This document shows positions 51,958 to 64,000 of a DNA stretch of 64,000 nucleotides, piece by piece. The DNA lies in assembly GCF_963921235.1 (NCBI RefSeq), contig NC_086097.1:136464001-136528000 (forward strand), given 5' to 3'. Position 1 is the stretch's first letter; each line of letters begins with the position of its first letter. The notes under the pieces were generated by a model. The model worked only from the letters and a program-made list of their open reading frames with translations. It made no database searches and was not told where the DNA came from. The DNA comes from Mobula hypostoma. Lineage: Eukaryota. The translations under genes and the position numbers were made by a program.

Positions 51958-52825
51958 TACTTCTTTACCCATCCTCCTAATCTATCCAAGTCCTTCTTCA
52001 GCCTTCCTGATTCCTCAGCACTACCTGCCCCTCTACCTACCTTCATAATGTCTCCAAACCTGACCACAAAGCTATTAAATCCATCATCCAAATCAATGAT
52101 ACACAATGTAACAAGAGACAGTCCAACACCAACCCAGGCAGAACACCACAAGGCACCGGTAGTCGATCAGAAAAGGCTCCCTTTATTCCCACTCTTTGCC
52201 TTCTGCCAATCAAACAATCTTCTATCAATGCTAGTATCTTTCCTGTAATACTATGGGGTCTTAACTTGTTAAGCAACCTCATGTGTGACATCTTGTCAAA
52301 GGACTTCTGAAAATCCAAATACACAACATCCACTGATTCTCCTTTGTATCTCCTGATTGTTATTTCCTCAAAAATTTCTCAAGCAAGATTTTCCTTAAGC
52401 AAACCATGCTGATGTCGGTCTATTTTATAATGTGTCTCCAAGTACCCCAAAACCTCATCCTGAACAATCGACTCCAACTTCTTCCCAACCACTGAGGTCA
52501 GGTTAACTGGCCTATAATCTCCTTTCTTCTGCCTCCCTCCCTTCTGGAAGAGTGGAGTGACATTTGCAATTTTCCAGTCCTCCGGAACCGTGCCAGAATA
52601 TATTGATTCTTGAAAGATTGTTACTAATGTCTCCATAATCTCTTCAGCTACGTCCTTCAGGACCCTGTGGTGTAGTCCATCTGGTCCATGTGACTTATCT
52701 ATCTTCAGACCTTTCAGCTTCCCAAGCACCTTCTACCTAGTATTAGCAATTGCACTCACTTCCGTCCTTTAACACACTCGAACCTCTGGTATACTCCTAG
52801 TGTCTCCCACCGTGAAAACTAATGC

Positions 52826-53430
52826 AACACACACAAAATGCTGGTGGAACTCAGCAGACCAGGCAGCATCTGTGGAAAAGGGTACAGTCAACGTTTCAAG
52901 CCGAGACGCCTCATCAGGACTGGAGAAAAAAAGATGAGGGGTCGGAATTAGAAGGTGGAGAAGAGAAAGGTGAAACACAAGGTAACAGGTGAAACCGGGA
53001 AGGGAAGAGGGGTGAAGTAAAGAGCTGGGGAATTGTTTGGTGAGAGAGATACAGGGCTGGAGAAGGGGGAATATAATTGGAGAGGACAGGAGGCCATGGA
53101 AGAAATAAAAGGGGGAGGAGCACCAGAGGCAGGCAAGGAGATAAGGTGAGAGAGGGAAGAGGGGATGGGGAATGGTGAGGGGGGGGGGCTATTATCAGCA
53201 GTTCGACAAATCCATGTTCATGCCATCAGGTTGGAGGCTACCCAAACAGAATACAAGGTGTTGTTCCTCCAACCTGAGCGTGGCTTCATCGTGATGGTAG
53301 AGAAGACCATGGACTAGCATGCCAGAATGGGAATGGGAAGTGAAATTAAAATGGGTAGCCATTGGGAGATCCCGCTTTTTCTGGCACTTGGAGCATAGGT
53401 GCTTGGCAAAGCAGTCTTCCAACCTATGTC
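52826..53430 (-). mobile_element. Penelope 3' fragment with a hammerhead motif at 52885-52922
   Basis: HFNFTSHSHS...LRLEEQHLVFCLGSLQPDGMN; CAGTC-CTGATGA...GAAACGTT-GACTG on the minus strand. Confidence 0.85.
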
Positions 53431-54473
53431 GGTAAATTCTATCATATTATGATCACTGCCTCCGAAAGGTTCCTTTACCTTAGCTCCTAATCAAATCTGA
53501 TTTAGTACACAACACTCAATCCAGAACAGCTGATTCCCTAGTGTGCTCAACCACAACCTTCTCCAAACAGTCATCTCATGGACATTCTTCAAATTCTCTC
53601 TCTTGGGATCCAGCACCAACCTGATCTTCCCAATCTACCTGCAACTGAAATCCCAAATGACTATCGTAACATTGTCCTTTCGACATGCCTTTTCTATCTC
53701 CTATGTAATTTGTAGCTCACATCCTGAAAAAGGTTTGAAGGCTTGCATATAACTTTTATCAGGGTCTTTTTACCCTTGCAGTCTCTGAACTCCACCCACA
53801 AGGATTCTACATCCTCCAATTCTATCTCATTTCTTCCTAAGGATTTGATTTCCTTTTTTAACCAGCAGAACCATGCCACACCTTCTGCCTGCCTGCCTGC
53901 CCTTTCAATACAATGTTTATCCTTCTATATTAAGCTCCCAACTATAATCTTCTTTCAGTCACAATTCGGTGACACCCACACCGTCATACCTGCCAATCTC
54001 CAACTGCGCTACAAGATTACTTACCTCATTCCATATGCTGCGTGCATTTAAATATAGTGCCTTCTATCCTATATTTGTCCCCCTTTTAGATTTTGTCCCT
54101 CTGTTACACTGCAGATCATCCCACTGACTGCAGTTTTGCTCTATCATTTGTATGTCCTTCCTGACAATCTCCCTACACACTGCCTCTGCTTCTATAGCAG
54201 CTGCCCTATCACTCAGGTTCATCCCTCCCCCCCCCCGAAAAATTAGTTTACACTTCCCCAACAGTTCTAGCAAACCTACCCGCAATGATATTGGTCCCCT
54301 TCAGTTCAGGAGTAACTCATCCCTTTTGTACATGAAACCCCTTTTTACTTGGCATCTCTGGAAATGTAATGTTGTACCAGTTCCTCAGCCACACTTTAAT
54401 CTGCCAAATCATCCTATTCTTACCCTCACTGGCATGTGGCACAGGCTGCAATCAGAGATTACTACCCTTGAAG

Positions 54474-56271
54474 CAACACACACAAAGTGCCGGTGGAAGG
54501 CAGCAGGCCAGGCAGCATCTATAGGAAGAGGTACAGTCGATGTTTTGGGTCGAGACCCTTCGTCAGGGCTAACTGAAAGAAGAGATAGTAAGAGATTTGA
54601 AAGTGGGAGGGGGAGGGGGAATCTAAAATAGGAGAGAAGACAGGAGGGGGAGGGATGGAGCTAAGAGCTAGAAAGTTGATTGGCGAAAGGGATACAAGGC
54701 TGGAGAAGGGAAAGGATCATGGGTCGGGAGGCCTAGGAAGAAAGAAAGGGGGAGGGGAGCACCAGAGGAAGATATAATGAGAGGGACAGAGGGAGAAAAA
54801 AGAGAAAGAAAGGGGGAAATTTTTTTTAAAATAATAAATAAATAAATAAGGAATGGGGGTAAGAAGGGGAGGAGGGGCCTTAACAGAAGTTAGAGAAGTC
54901 AATGTTCATGCCATCAGGTTGGAGGCTACCCAGACGGAATATAAGGTGTTGTTCCTCCAACCTGAGTGTGGCTTCATCTTGACAGTAGAGGAGGCCATGG
55001 ATGGACATATCAGAATGGGAATGGGACGTGGAATTAAAATGTGTGGCCACTGGGAGATCCTGTTTTCTCTGGCGGACAGAGTGTAGGTGTTCAGCGAAAT
55101 GGTCTCCCAGTCTGCGTCGGGCCTTGCCAATTTATAGAAGGCCTCACCGGGAGCACCGGACTTCCCCCAGGCCATCAGACTCCTCAATACACAGAGCTGG
55201 GACTGACACCAATCTACTGCCCTCTACTGTGCCTATTGTCTTGTTTATTATTTATTGTAATGCCTGCACTGTTTTGTGCACTTTATGCAGTCCTGGGTAG
55301 GTCTGTAGTCTAGTGTAGTTTTTGTGTTGTTTTACGTAGTTCAGTGTAGTTTTTGTATTGTTCATGTAGCACCATGGTCCTGAAAAACGTTGTCTCATTT
55401 TTACTGTGTACTGTACCAGCAGTTATGATCAAAATGACAATAAAACGTGACTTGACTTGACTTGAGTATATCACACCAACAGACTCACAGGGGAAGTGTT
55501 GCCTCACCTGGAAGGACTGTCTGGGGCCCTGAATGGTGGTGAGGGAGGAAGTGTAAGGGCATGTGTAATATACTGCGTCCAGTGCTCCCGATGCGGCTTT
55601 CTATAATTGGCAAGACCCGATGCAGACTCGGAGACCGTTTCTCTGTCCACCAGAGAAAGCAGGATGTCCCAGTGACCACACATTTTAACTCCACATCCCA
55701 TTCCCATTTTGATATGTCCATCCATGGCCTCCTCTACTGTCAAGATGAAGCCACACTCAGGTTGGAGGAACAACACCTTATATTCCGTCTGGGTAGCCTC
55801 CAACCTGATGGCATGAACATTGACTTCTCTAACTTCTGTTAATGCCCCTCCTCCCCTTCTTACCCCATCCCTTATTTACTTATTTATTATTTTAAATCCC
55901 CCCCCCTTTCTTTCTCTCTCTTTTTTCTCCCTCTGTCCCTCTCACTATATCTTCCTCTGGTGCTCCCCTCCCCCTTTCTTTCTCCCTAGGCCTCCCGTCC
56001 CATGATCCTCTCCCTTCTCCAGCCTTGTATCCCTTTTGCCAACCAACTTTCCAGCTCTTAGCTCCATCCCCCCCACCCCCAGTCTTCTCTCTCTACTATC
56101 TCTTACTATCTCTTCTTACTATCTCTTCTTTCAGTTAGTCCTGACGAAGGGTCTCGCCCAAAACGTTGACTGTACCTCTTCCTATAGATGCTGCCTGGCC
56201 TGCTGCCTTCCACCAACATTTTGTGTGTGTTGCTTGAATTTCCAGCATCTGCAGATTTCCTCATGTTTGTG
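54474..56271. mobile_element. Inverted pair of Penelope 3' ends (GIY-YIG endonuclease C-terminus) forming one insertion
   Basis: IGKTRCRLGDRF...HFNSTSH...RLEEQHLIFRLGSLQPDGMNIDF; arms on opposite strands; 15-bp TSD TTACTACCCTTGAAG/TTACTACCCCTGAAG. Confidence 0.9.
55162..55466 (+). mobile_element. Short Rex1/Babar 3' end with (GACTT)n tail inside the Penelope element
   Basis: FPQAIRLLN and AATAAAACGTGACTTGACTTGACTTGA. Confidence 0.8.
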
Positions 56272-56952
56272 TTACTACCCCTGAAGTCGTGTTTTTCAGC
56301 TTTCTACCTCGCTCCCTAAATTCTTTCTAAATATGTCAGGTTGTTCTTAATTGACTACAGCTCAGCATTCAACGCTATTATCTCCTTGAATCTGATCACT
56401 AAGCTCCAGGAACTAGGCCTCAGTACTTCCCTGTGCAACCAGTTCCTTGATTTCCTCATTGACAGAACTCAGGTAGTTTGAATTTGCAACAACATCTTTT
56501 CCACATTCCTCATCAGCACAGGAACACCACAGGGCTGTGTATACTTAGCCCCCTGCTCTACTCTATATTTATGACTGTGTAGCTAGGAACAGCTTCAATG
56601 CCTTATTTAAGTTTACTAACAACACCGCTGTTGTTGGCCACTAGAGAAATGGAGGTGAAGAGGATCAGTAGCTTTAAGTTCGTTGGGTTAACATATCCGA
56701 GGATTTGTCCTGGGACAAGCACATATGTATCATCACAAAGAAGGCAAGACAGTGCCTTTACTCTCTTAGAGGTTTGTGTACATTCAGCATGTCACCAAAA
56801 ATGTTGACAAACTTCTACAGATGCACAGTGGAGAGTATCCTAATTGGTTGCATCACAGCTTTGTTTGGAAACTTGTCAATTTACCTGTCTCAACTATTTC
56901 CTCTGGAAGCTCATTCTTTTGGTGGAAAAAGAATTTCCCCTCGGGTCCCTAT

Positions 56953-57595
56953 TAAAGTAAAATAAATTTATTATAAAAGTACATATATGTCACCATATAT
57001 AACCCTGAGATTCATTTTCTTGTGGGCATACTCAACAAATCTGTAGAATAGATTCAATGAATGACTGAGCAGGGCGTTCAACCAGAGTGCAGAGGACAAC
57101 AAATTGAACAATGCAAAAAGAAGAAACAATAATATAAATAAATAAGCAATAAATATCAAGAGTGTGGGATGAAAAGTCCTTGAAAATGAGTCCATAGGTT
57201 GTGGAAACACTTTAATGACAGGGCAAGTGAAGTTGAATGAAGTTTGTTCAAGAGCCTGATGGTTGAGAGGTAATAACTGTTCCTGAACCTGGTGGTGTGT
57301 GTCCTGAGACTCTTGTACCTTCTTCCTGATGATAGCAGTGAGAAGAGAGCATGTCCTGGGTGGTGGGGATCCCCGATGATGGATGCTGCTTTCCTGTAAC
57401 AGCATTTCATGCAGTTGTGCTCAATAGTTGGGAGGGCTTTACCTGTAATAGACTGGGCTGTATTCACTACCTTTTGTAGAATTTTATGTTCAAGGGTATT
57501 GGTGTTCCCATACCAGGTAGTGATGCAGCCAGTCAATATATTCTCTACTGCACTTCTATAGAAGTTTTAAATATTATGCCAAATCTCCGCAATCT
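56953..57595 (-). mobile_element. Rex1/Babar 3' fragment
   Basis: GCITTWYG...HPGHALFSLLSSGRRYKSLRTHTTRFRNSYY. Confidence 0.88.
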
Positions 57596-58129
57596 CTCAC
57601 CTCTCATCTTAAACTTATGTCCTCTAGTTCTTGTTTCTCCAGTTCTGAGAAAAAGACTGTAGACACTTGTTGAAATCAATATTTCTTATTTAGTAACAGT
57701 TTGTATCAATAGTCCATCCAACAGCATACAGCCTGTCCAATGGACTGAAAAGACAACTCTCCATCACAGTATGTCAAAGAACTAAGAGTAAATTCTGCAC
57801 TTGTCCAAAATATATTTGGTGTGAACAATGTTCATCCAGCTAAACATTCCAGTGGTTTTGCATATGTCCTATATTAGCCAAGATATATCTTGTTTAACCA
57901 CAATGAGGTATGTTTAGTTACACACTTAATTTCCCTGGAGGAAAAGTACAATGTGTTTGGCAACTTCATTAACTTCATCAACATCAAATTGTTTTACAGG
58001 AGCATTTTGTTAAAAATTGACACAGAAATATTGGAAGTTTAATGTGGGCATATCAGGACTTTATCAAAAGCTTAAAGAAGGTATGTGGTATGTAGGTAGT
58101 GTAGAAGGTTGTTGTAGGAGGCAGAGCTG

Positions 58130-59310
58130 GGCTCAGAAATGACAAATGCATTTCAATCCAGGAAAGTGTGGAGTGATACAATTTGCAAGGTCGAACTTGA
58201 AGGCAGAGTGTAGGGTGAATGACAGGATTCTTGACTGTGTGGCAAAACAGAGAGCTCTTGGGCTCGTCGTCCACAGATCCCTCAAAGTTGCTGTGCAAGT
58301 TGTCAGCCTGGTTAAGAAGGTGTATCGTATGTTGGCCTTCATTAGTCAAGGGATTGAGTTCAAGAGCCATGAGGTAATGATGCAGCTCAGTAAAACTCAC
58401 TTGAGAGTATTGTATTCAGTTCTGGTCTCCTCATTATAGGTGGAAGCTCAAGGAAATTTATTAGCATTTTGCTGGGATTAAAGCGCATGTCTTATGAGGA
58501 AAGGTTGAGTGAGGTAGGGCTCTTCTCTGGAGCGAAGGAACTTGATAGAGGTGTATAAGATGATTGGAGGTATAGATAGAGTGGTCAGCCAGTGCCTTTT
58601 CCAAGGGCATAAATGACTAATATAAGGTGACATAATTTTAGAGTGATTGGAAGAAAATATAGGGGGGGGTGACAGATGTAGGTTCTTGACACAGAAGATA
58701 GTGGTGCATGGAATGTGCTGCCAAGCAAGGTGGTAGAGGTAAATATATTAGGGTTATTTAAGAGACCCTTAGAAAGGCACATGCTGTACTGTGCAAAAGT
58801 CTTAGACACCTTAGATTTTTTATATGGTTTCAAATGGTATTGCCTCCACGGAGCCCTGATCTCAACATCATTGAGGCTGTCCGTGATGACCTGGAGAGAC
58901 AGAAGCAAGTGAGACAGCCAAAGTCTGTAGAAGAACTGTGGCAGGTTCTCCAAGATGGAACAACTGAATAGCCAATTTTCTCATAAAACTGCACGGCAGT
59001 GTACCTAAGAGAACTGATGCAGTTTTCAAGGCAAAGGGTGGTCACATCAGATATTAATTTGATTTAGTTTTTACTGTTTCCTGCTCCTTATAGTAATTGT
59101 TTTGATATTTAGAAACTTTTCATTTCATTATTTTTGAAATCATCTTTGCTTTACAGGTTTTTTCACTTGTGCCTAAGAGTTTTGCACAGTACTGTAGATG
59201 AAAAGAAGAATGGAGTTCCAAGTGGGAGGGAAGCATGGCATTGACCTTGGTGTATTTTAAAAGGTCAGCACAAAATCGTGATCAAGGAACCTCTACTGTG
59301 CTGTATTGTT
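58130..59310 (+). mobile_element. CR1 RT 3' fragment split by a Tc1 deletion derivative
   Basis: MHFNPGKC and VKKVYRMLAFISQGIEFKS motifs. Confidence 0.75.
58784..59194 (+). mobile_element. Non-autonomous Tc1 deletion derivative
   Basis: TIR GTACTGTGCAAAAGTCTTAGACAC/GTGCCTAAGAGTTTTGCACAGTAC followed by TA; remnant PPRSPDLNIIEAV. Confidence 0.85.
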
Positions 59311-59319
59311 CTATCAATG

Positions 59320-59828
59320 GAAAAGGCTATAGAAAGTAGTGGCTACAGCCCAGTCCAACACAAGCAAATCCCTCCCCACCACTGAGTACATTTACATGGA
59401 GCACTGCCATAAGAAAAAGCAGTGTCGATTATTAAAGACCTCCACTATCCATGCAGTGGCCTTTTTTTGCTACCACCATTAGGCAGCAGGTACAGAAGCC
59501 TTAGGTCCCACACTACCAGGTTCTGAAACAGTTCTCACCCAACAACCATCAGGCTCCTGAACCAGTGTGGATCACTACTCTGAACTGATTTTGTGACCCA
59601 CAGACTCACTTTTAAGGACCCTTTACAACTCATGTTCTCATAATTATTTTCTATTTGTATAGTTTGTCATCTTTCTGCATATTGGTTGTTTGCCAATTTT
59701 TGCTAACATGTAGTTTTTCATAAAATTCTATTGTATTTCTTTTTTCCCGCAAATGCCTACAAGAGAGTGAATATCAAGGTAGCATATACAGTACATATTT
59801 TGGTAATAGTTCTTTTTTGAACTTTGAA
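59320..59828 (+). mobile_element. Rex1/Babar 3' fragment
   Basis: LGSRYRSLRSHTTRF...TIRLLN; tail TTTGAACTTTGAAC. Confidence 0.8.
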
Positions 59829-60659
59829 CATTGCACTACTGAGCTTAAAGCCCGTTTCTATACCAGTAATATAAAACTATTGAAATGGTCACTTCTACCT
59901 TAAGGATAGGCTCTTGTCCTCCCAATCTACCTCATTATGGCCTTGCACTTTAACATCTGCCTGCACTGCACTTTCTCTCTAACTGCAACACTTTATTCTG
60001 CATTCTGCTATCGCTTTTCCCTTGCACTGTCTCTGTATTGATGCAATGAAATGATCTGTCTGGATGGCATGCAAAACAAAAATCAATTCACGTGAAATGA
60101 ATAAAACAACTTACGATCCCAATTGCCTTTAAAAAGGTGTTAGTGAGCCACTTTCTTGAATTCCTTCTGGTGAGGGTTCCCTCGCAGTGCTGTTGGAGCA
60201 GGAGATCCAGGATTTAGACCGGCAATATGTGAACTTGCAGGAAGGATGGTTGAAAAGGATAGCGATTGGGCTCAGAAAGGGCATCAAGGTAATGATATCT
60301 TTAAAATTAGCTACCGGAGACAAAACAGGAAAAGCATGTGGCTATGTCTGTGTAAAGAGAAAAAAATGTGTAACCTGAAATTTGCTGAATTCAGTATTAA
60401 ATCCTAAGGACAGACCAAGGCAGAAGAATAGTTTCTGTTCCTGGACCCTACACTGGATGTCACTAGAACAACATAAGAGGCTGAAGATTGTGAATTAAGA
60501 GTGGGAGATGGTGGCGATGAAGAATAAAACGGATAGGAAGCTCAGGGTCACCCTTATGGACTGAAGGGGAGGTGTGTAAGTTTATTAATTGAGCTGGACT
60601 GCAAACCTTTTGGAAATGATGCTCCCTCAGAAATTTTTGTGGTTATGATCAACCACTTG

Positions 60660-61742
60660 AAGCTGAACATAAATATAATTTCAGACTAATTGATTAGCAT
60701 CAGAATTTAGAGAAACAAGGAATTGACTTTTATAGAATATTATGTGTTTAATTGCATAACTGTGCTGACACCTTGCAATAGTTCAACTAAGCTAAAAATA
60801 TCTTGTTGATGATTTTTGTTTGTACTCAGTGTCTGAGGCTTCTTGCTTAAGTGTCCAACAATAATCAACCAGTACAGAAAATTCCAGTTGCCCTGATACC
60901 ATTTCTCCATGACCGCAATGTCCTGGTGAAACTTTTCACCATGCTCATCATGGACAGCGCCAAGATTTGCGGGGAAGAAGTCTAAATGGGAATGCAGAAA
61001 ATGAATCTTCTATGACACGTTGTACTTCATGGCTTGTATGCCTGCAGCATGCTGTCAACCAGCTGTAAATAGTTTGTTGCTCTGTAGTTGCCAAGAAAAT
61101 TTTCAACAACATCCTTGAATGCCTTCCATGTGATTACGGCGCGACTAGAAGTTCTTTAAATTGTCTATCCTTGATGACCTGTTTGATTTGTGGACCAAAA
61201 AAGTGCCTTCCTTAATCTTGGCATTCAGCTTTGTCTTGGTCCACAGTTGTAAGTGCAAAGTAGAGCACATAGGCTTTCTTAATAAGAGGAGTCATACTCT
61301 ATCTTTGAGATTTCAGCATATACTCGCCACAGGTATAACAGAAAGTATCACAGCTGTTACAACATTGGCGAGGCACTTTGCTATCACAATTACTCCTGAA
61401 AATGCAATTACTTTATCATAATGAGTACACACAATATGCTATGCACGTAGAGATGAGCATCAACGTGATTGCAAAACAATATACATGTAAATGCAATGCA
61501 TAGGACAGTGTGTACGTGACGCTTTTACAGCCTTTCAAAACCTGTCCTGCCATGCAGCATCCGTCCTGCCCAAGCATTCCTAAGCATGCCTGAACAAGAT
61601 AGAAAACTTCAGTTTCCATAATGGGCAACATTTTAATTGATTTGAATTATGAATTGAAATAACAAATATAAGTGCTTTAAAAAAATGGTGCGTGATATGG
61701 AAATTTCATGGTGATGATCAGCAGCGCAAAATCCACAAGGTA
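60660..61742 (-). mobile_element. Internally deleted Chapaev3 (CMC) DNA transposon; transposase remnant 60792-61376
   Basis: N-terminal PRQCCNSCDTFCYTCGEY...KKAYVLYF..DQDK fused near 61224 to C-terminal AKIKEG..GPQIK..WKAFKDVVENFLGN..KIHFLHSHLDFFPANLGAVHDEHGEKFHQDI..DYCWTL. Confidence 0.85.
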
Positions 61743-64000
61743 TGTTGAGTTCTGTTCATTTGGACTATGTAAGTACTTAGTAGGCGTGCACACTTCCGCT
61801 GTTACGCGCATGGGCACCCGAGAAGGAGGGAGGAATGTGGAATAAAAAGGTGGCAGCCTTCAGGGATTGAACGGAGGCGTTGAAAGTAAAGTTCTTTAAA
61901 CAGAATAAAAACATGTCCTTGTTGTTTGGCGTTAACAGTGGTAGCAGAGAATGGTTTCCAATTATAGGATCTCGCCAGCATTTGCTGAGAGCAAGCCTTA
62001 CAAAAGCTGGAAAAATGAAATTGAAATATGGTCTCATATTGCAGAACTGGAGAAGACGAAGCATACCTTGGCTGTTGTCAGGAAGAGCGAGAGAGACTGT
62101 GATGGGAATTTCGGTGGAAGACTTGAACAAAGGTGACGCTATGAATAGGCTAATAAATCCACGTGACTTTTTTTTGAAGGAAGAAAAGGATCGGATTTAT
62201 GAGGCATATTCAGACTTTGACAAAATTTACAGAGAAAATTCTAAAGATATGGCTGATTATGTTATTGATTTTGAACTAAAGTACAGTCGCATGCAGAAAT
62301 ACAAAGTGGAACTTCCTGACACTGCATTAGCTTTTAAATTGTTGGTACTGCATGTCTAGACATAAAGGACAGATAGCTTGCGTTAACTGCATGCACAGAA
62401 CTTACACTTGCATCTATGAAATCAGCACTGAACAGGATTTTTGGAGAAAAGTCCATTAAGACAACAGTCCAGTTTGAGTCAGGAAATGGCATACTTCACT
62501 GAGCAAAACAAGATTATAGCGAGCGTAGATCCAACAGTGACCAGACAAGGGAACCATTACCTGCCACAAGTCCAATAAGCAAGTGTGGTGGGAGATCGAA
62601 ATGTGCGGTATCTCAAAGTACTTACCACGAGGCAAGAAACTGTCTGCACAGAACTGAACAAGTTAGGCTAACTGAAGAAATTAACAAATCTGAAGATGTA
62701 GAAGAGTGCCATATCACATTGTTTGCAAAGGAATCACTCGCTAATAAGCAGATATCTGAGGGAGAGATTTTGATGATAGAATCTCTAGGATCTGCTGTTA
62801 CTGGTGCACACACACAGAGCGGAGAAAAATGGCTTGAAAGCTATGTAAGTGAACAAAACCAGAATAAAATGCAGAAACTGGTGAACACAGATACACCTAG
62901 TAACAAAGCATTCACATTTGGAGATGGAAAGATTATACATTCTACCAAAAGAGTGAAAATTCCTGCAAAACTAGGGCAGACAAAATGTTACATTGAATTG
63001 GAGATGGTACTAGTGAACATTCCATTACTCTTTAGTAAAACTTCCCTCAAGAAACCTGAAGCAGTGCTGGATATGGAGAATGACCAGGCAACAATGAATC
63101 TACAGCCAGTGCCTCTTGAGCTCACCAGCTCCAGACATTACTGTGTGAACATTCTAGATAAAGATTTACTGAGAACCATTGTGAGAATGCAGTACTAACT
63201 GTCACACAAAACAAGACCACAGATGTGAAGTGTAAAGTATTGTTCAAACTTCACAAGCAGTTTGGAGACACTTCAATTGAAAGACTTTGGAGACTGCTCA
63301 GGTATTCAGGAAACAAAGACACAGATTGTTTTTCCACTGCAAAGCAGATAATTGACAGCTGTGAGATGTGCCAGAAGTTTAGAAAGCCCAAGCCCGTGCC
63401 TGTGCTTGGTCTGCCACCAGCATCTGAATACAATGAAACAGTAGCCATAGACCTACATGAACTGGAGCAAGGAGTGTGGTATCTGCACATCATTGATGAG
63501 TTCACATAAATACCTCAGAGATAGTAAAAAATCTTCATCTGTTCCTGGATAAGTGTGTATGGCCCACCTCAGAAAGTATTCAGTGATAATAGTCCTGAAT
63601 TTAGTAAAGATGAGTGCAGAGATATGGCAGAGAACTTGCACATTGAAACAAAGACAACAGCGGCATATAGTCCTTGGAGTAATGGACTTCTGGAGTGAGA
63701 CAATTGAACATTAACTGAAATAATACTGCAGGTATAGAAAAGCAATGGTTGTGATTGGAACACATCCCTGGACTGGGCCCTTATTGTGAAGAATACCAAG
63801 CACAATGTACATGGCTATAGCCCGTATAAATTGGTATTCGGCCAGAATCCAAACCTTCCCTCTGTACTGGTTGACAGCTTACCTGCTCTAGAGGGCACTA
63901 CAAGGAGTGAGTGGGTTGGGAAACATAGTTCAGATTGCATGCATCAAGGAAGGCTTTCTCTGAGGTAGAGTGTTCAGAGAGAATTCACAGAGCACAGAGG
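61743..64000 (+). mobile_element. Ty1/Copia (GalEa-like) LTR retrotransposon, degenerate, continuing past the window end; 5' LTR 61743-61937
   Basis: LTR TGTTGA..TTAACA; PBS TGGTAGCAGAGAATGGTTTC (tRNA-iMet); gag PYKSWKNEIEIW; protease region FTFGDG; integrase LHKQFG..CEMC, AIDLHE, FSDN, YSPWSNGLLE directly after the protease (Copia order). Confidence 0.88.

Larger units (their letters stand above)
45581..56325 (-). mobile_element. CR1 LINE in pieces (45581-46334, 51958-52825, 53430-54473, 56272-56325)
   Basis: Tail, RT, endonuclease and ORF1 end are collinear across the insertions. Confidence 0.85.
45110..56870 (+). mobile_element. Rex1/Babar reverse transcriptase, split into 45110-45580 and 56330-56870 by a ~10.7 kb nest
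   Basis: Left piece CLNDYH...PFQFAY...LEHLDNEDAY; right piece [14 protein letters not shown]...GTPQGC...FYRCTVESIL. Confidence 0.85.

Overview
Eukaryotic, gene-poor, heavily transposon-derived DNA. The repeat repertoire (V-SINE/HE1-like and SacSINE1-like SINEs, CR1 LINEs with an SGNH-esterase ORF1, Rex1/Babar, Penelope) suggests a cartilaginous fish; this is an inference. I could not recognise any host protein-coding exon, so the window is probably intronic or intergenic. It opens with a 3.3 kb pyrimidine minisatellite. The rest is a mosaic of CR1, Rex1/Babar, Penelope, L1/Tx1, Nimb/I and RTE-derived retroelements, two Gypsy LTR elements (one with a PNMA-like gag), a GalEa-type Copia element, and Tc1, hAT and Chapaev3 DNA transposons. 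Several form deep nests with readable target-site duplications (TSDs). The most interesting signals are RNA structures. The first is a complete HDV-like ribozyme fold with an unusual L3 insertion at the exact 5' end of a 565-bp TSD-flanked RTE-derived element (15739-16303). The second is a set of minimal hammerhead ribozymes in the Penelope-derived palindromes, with one intact core at 10717-10752. A perfect DR5 nuclear-receptor element lies in a half-site cluster in unique sequence at about 14.15 kb. Family names come from motif recognition by eye, not from database searches, and many boundaries are approximate.
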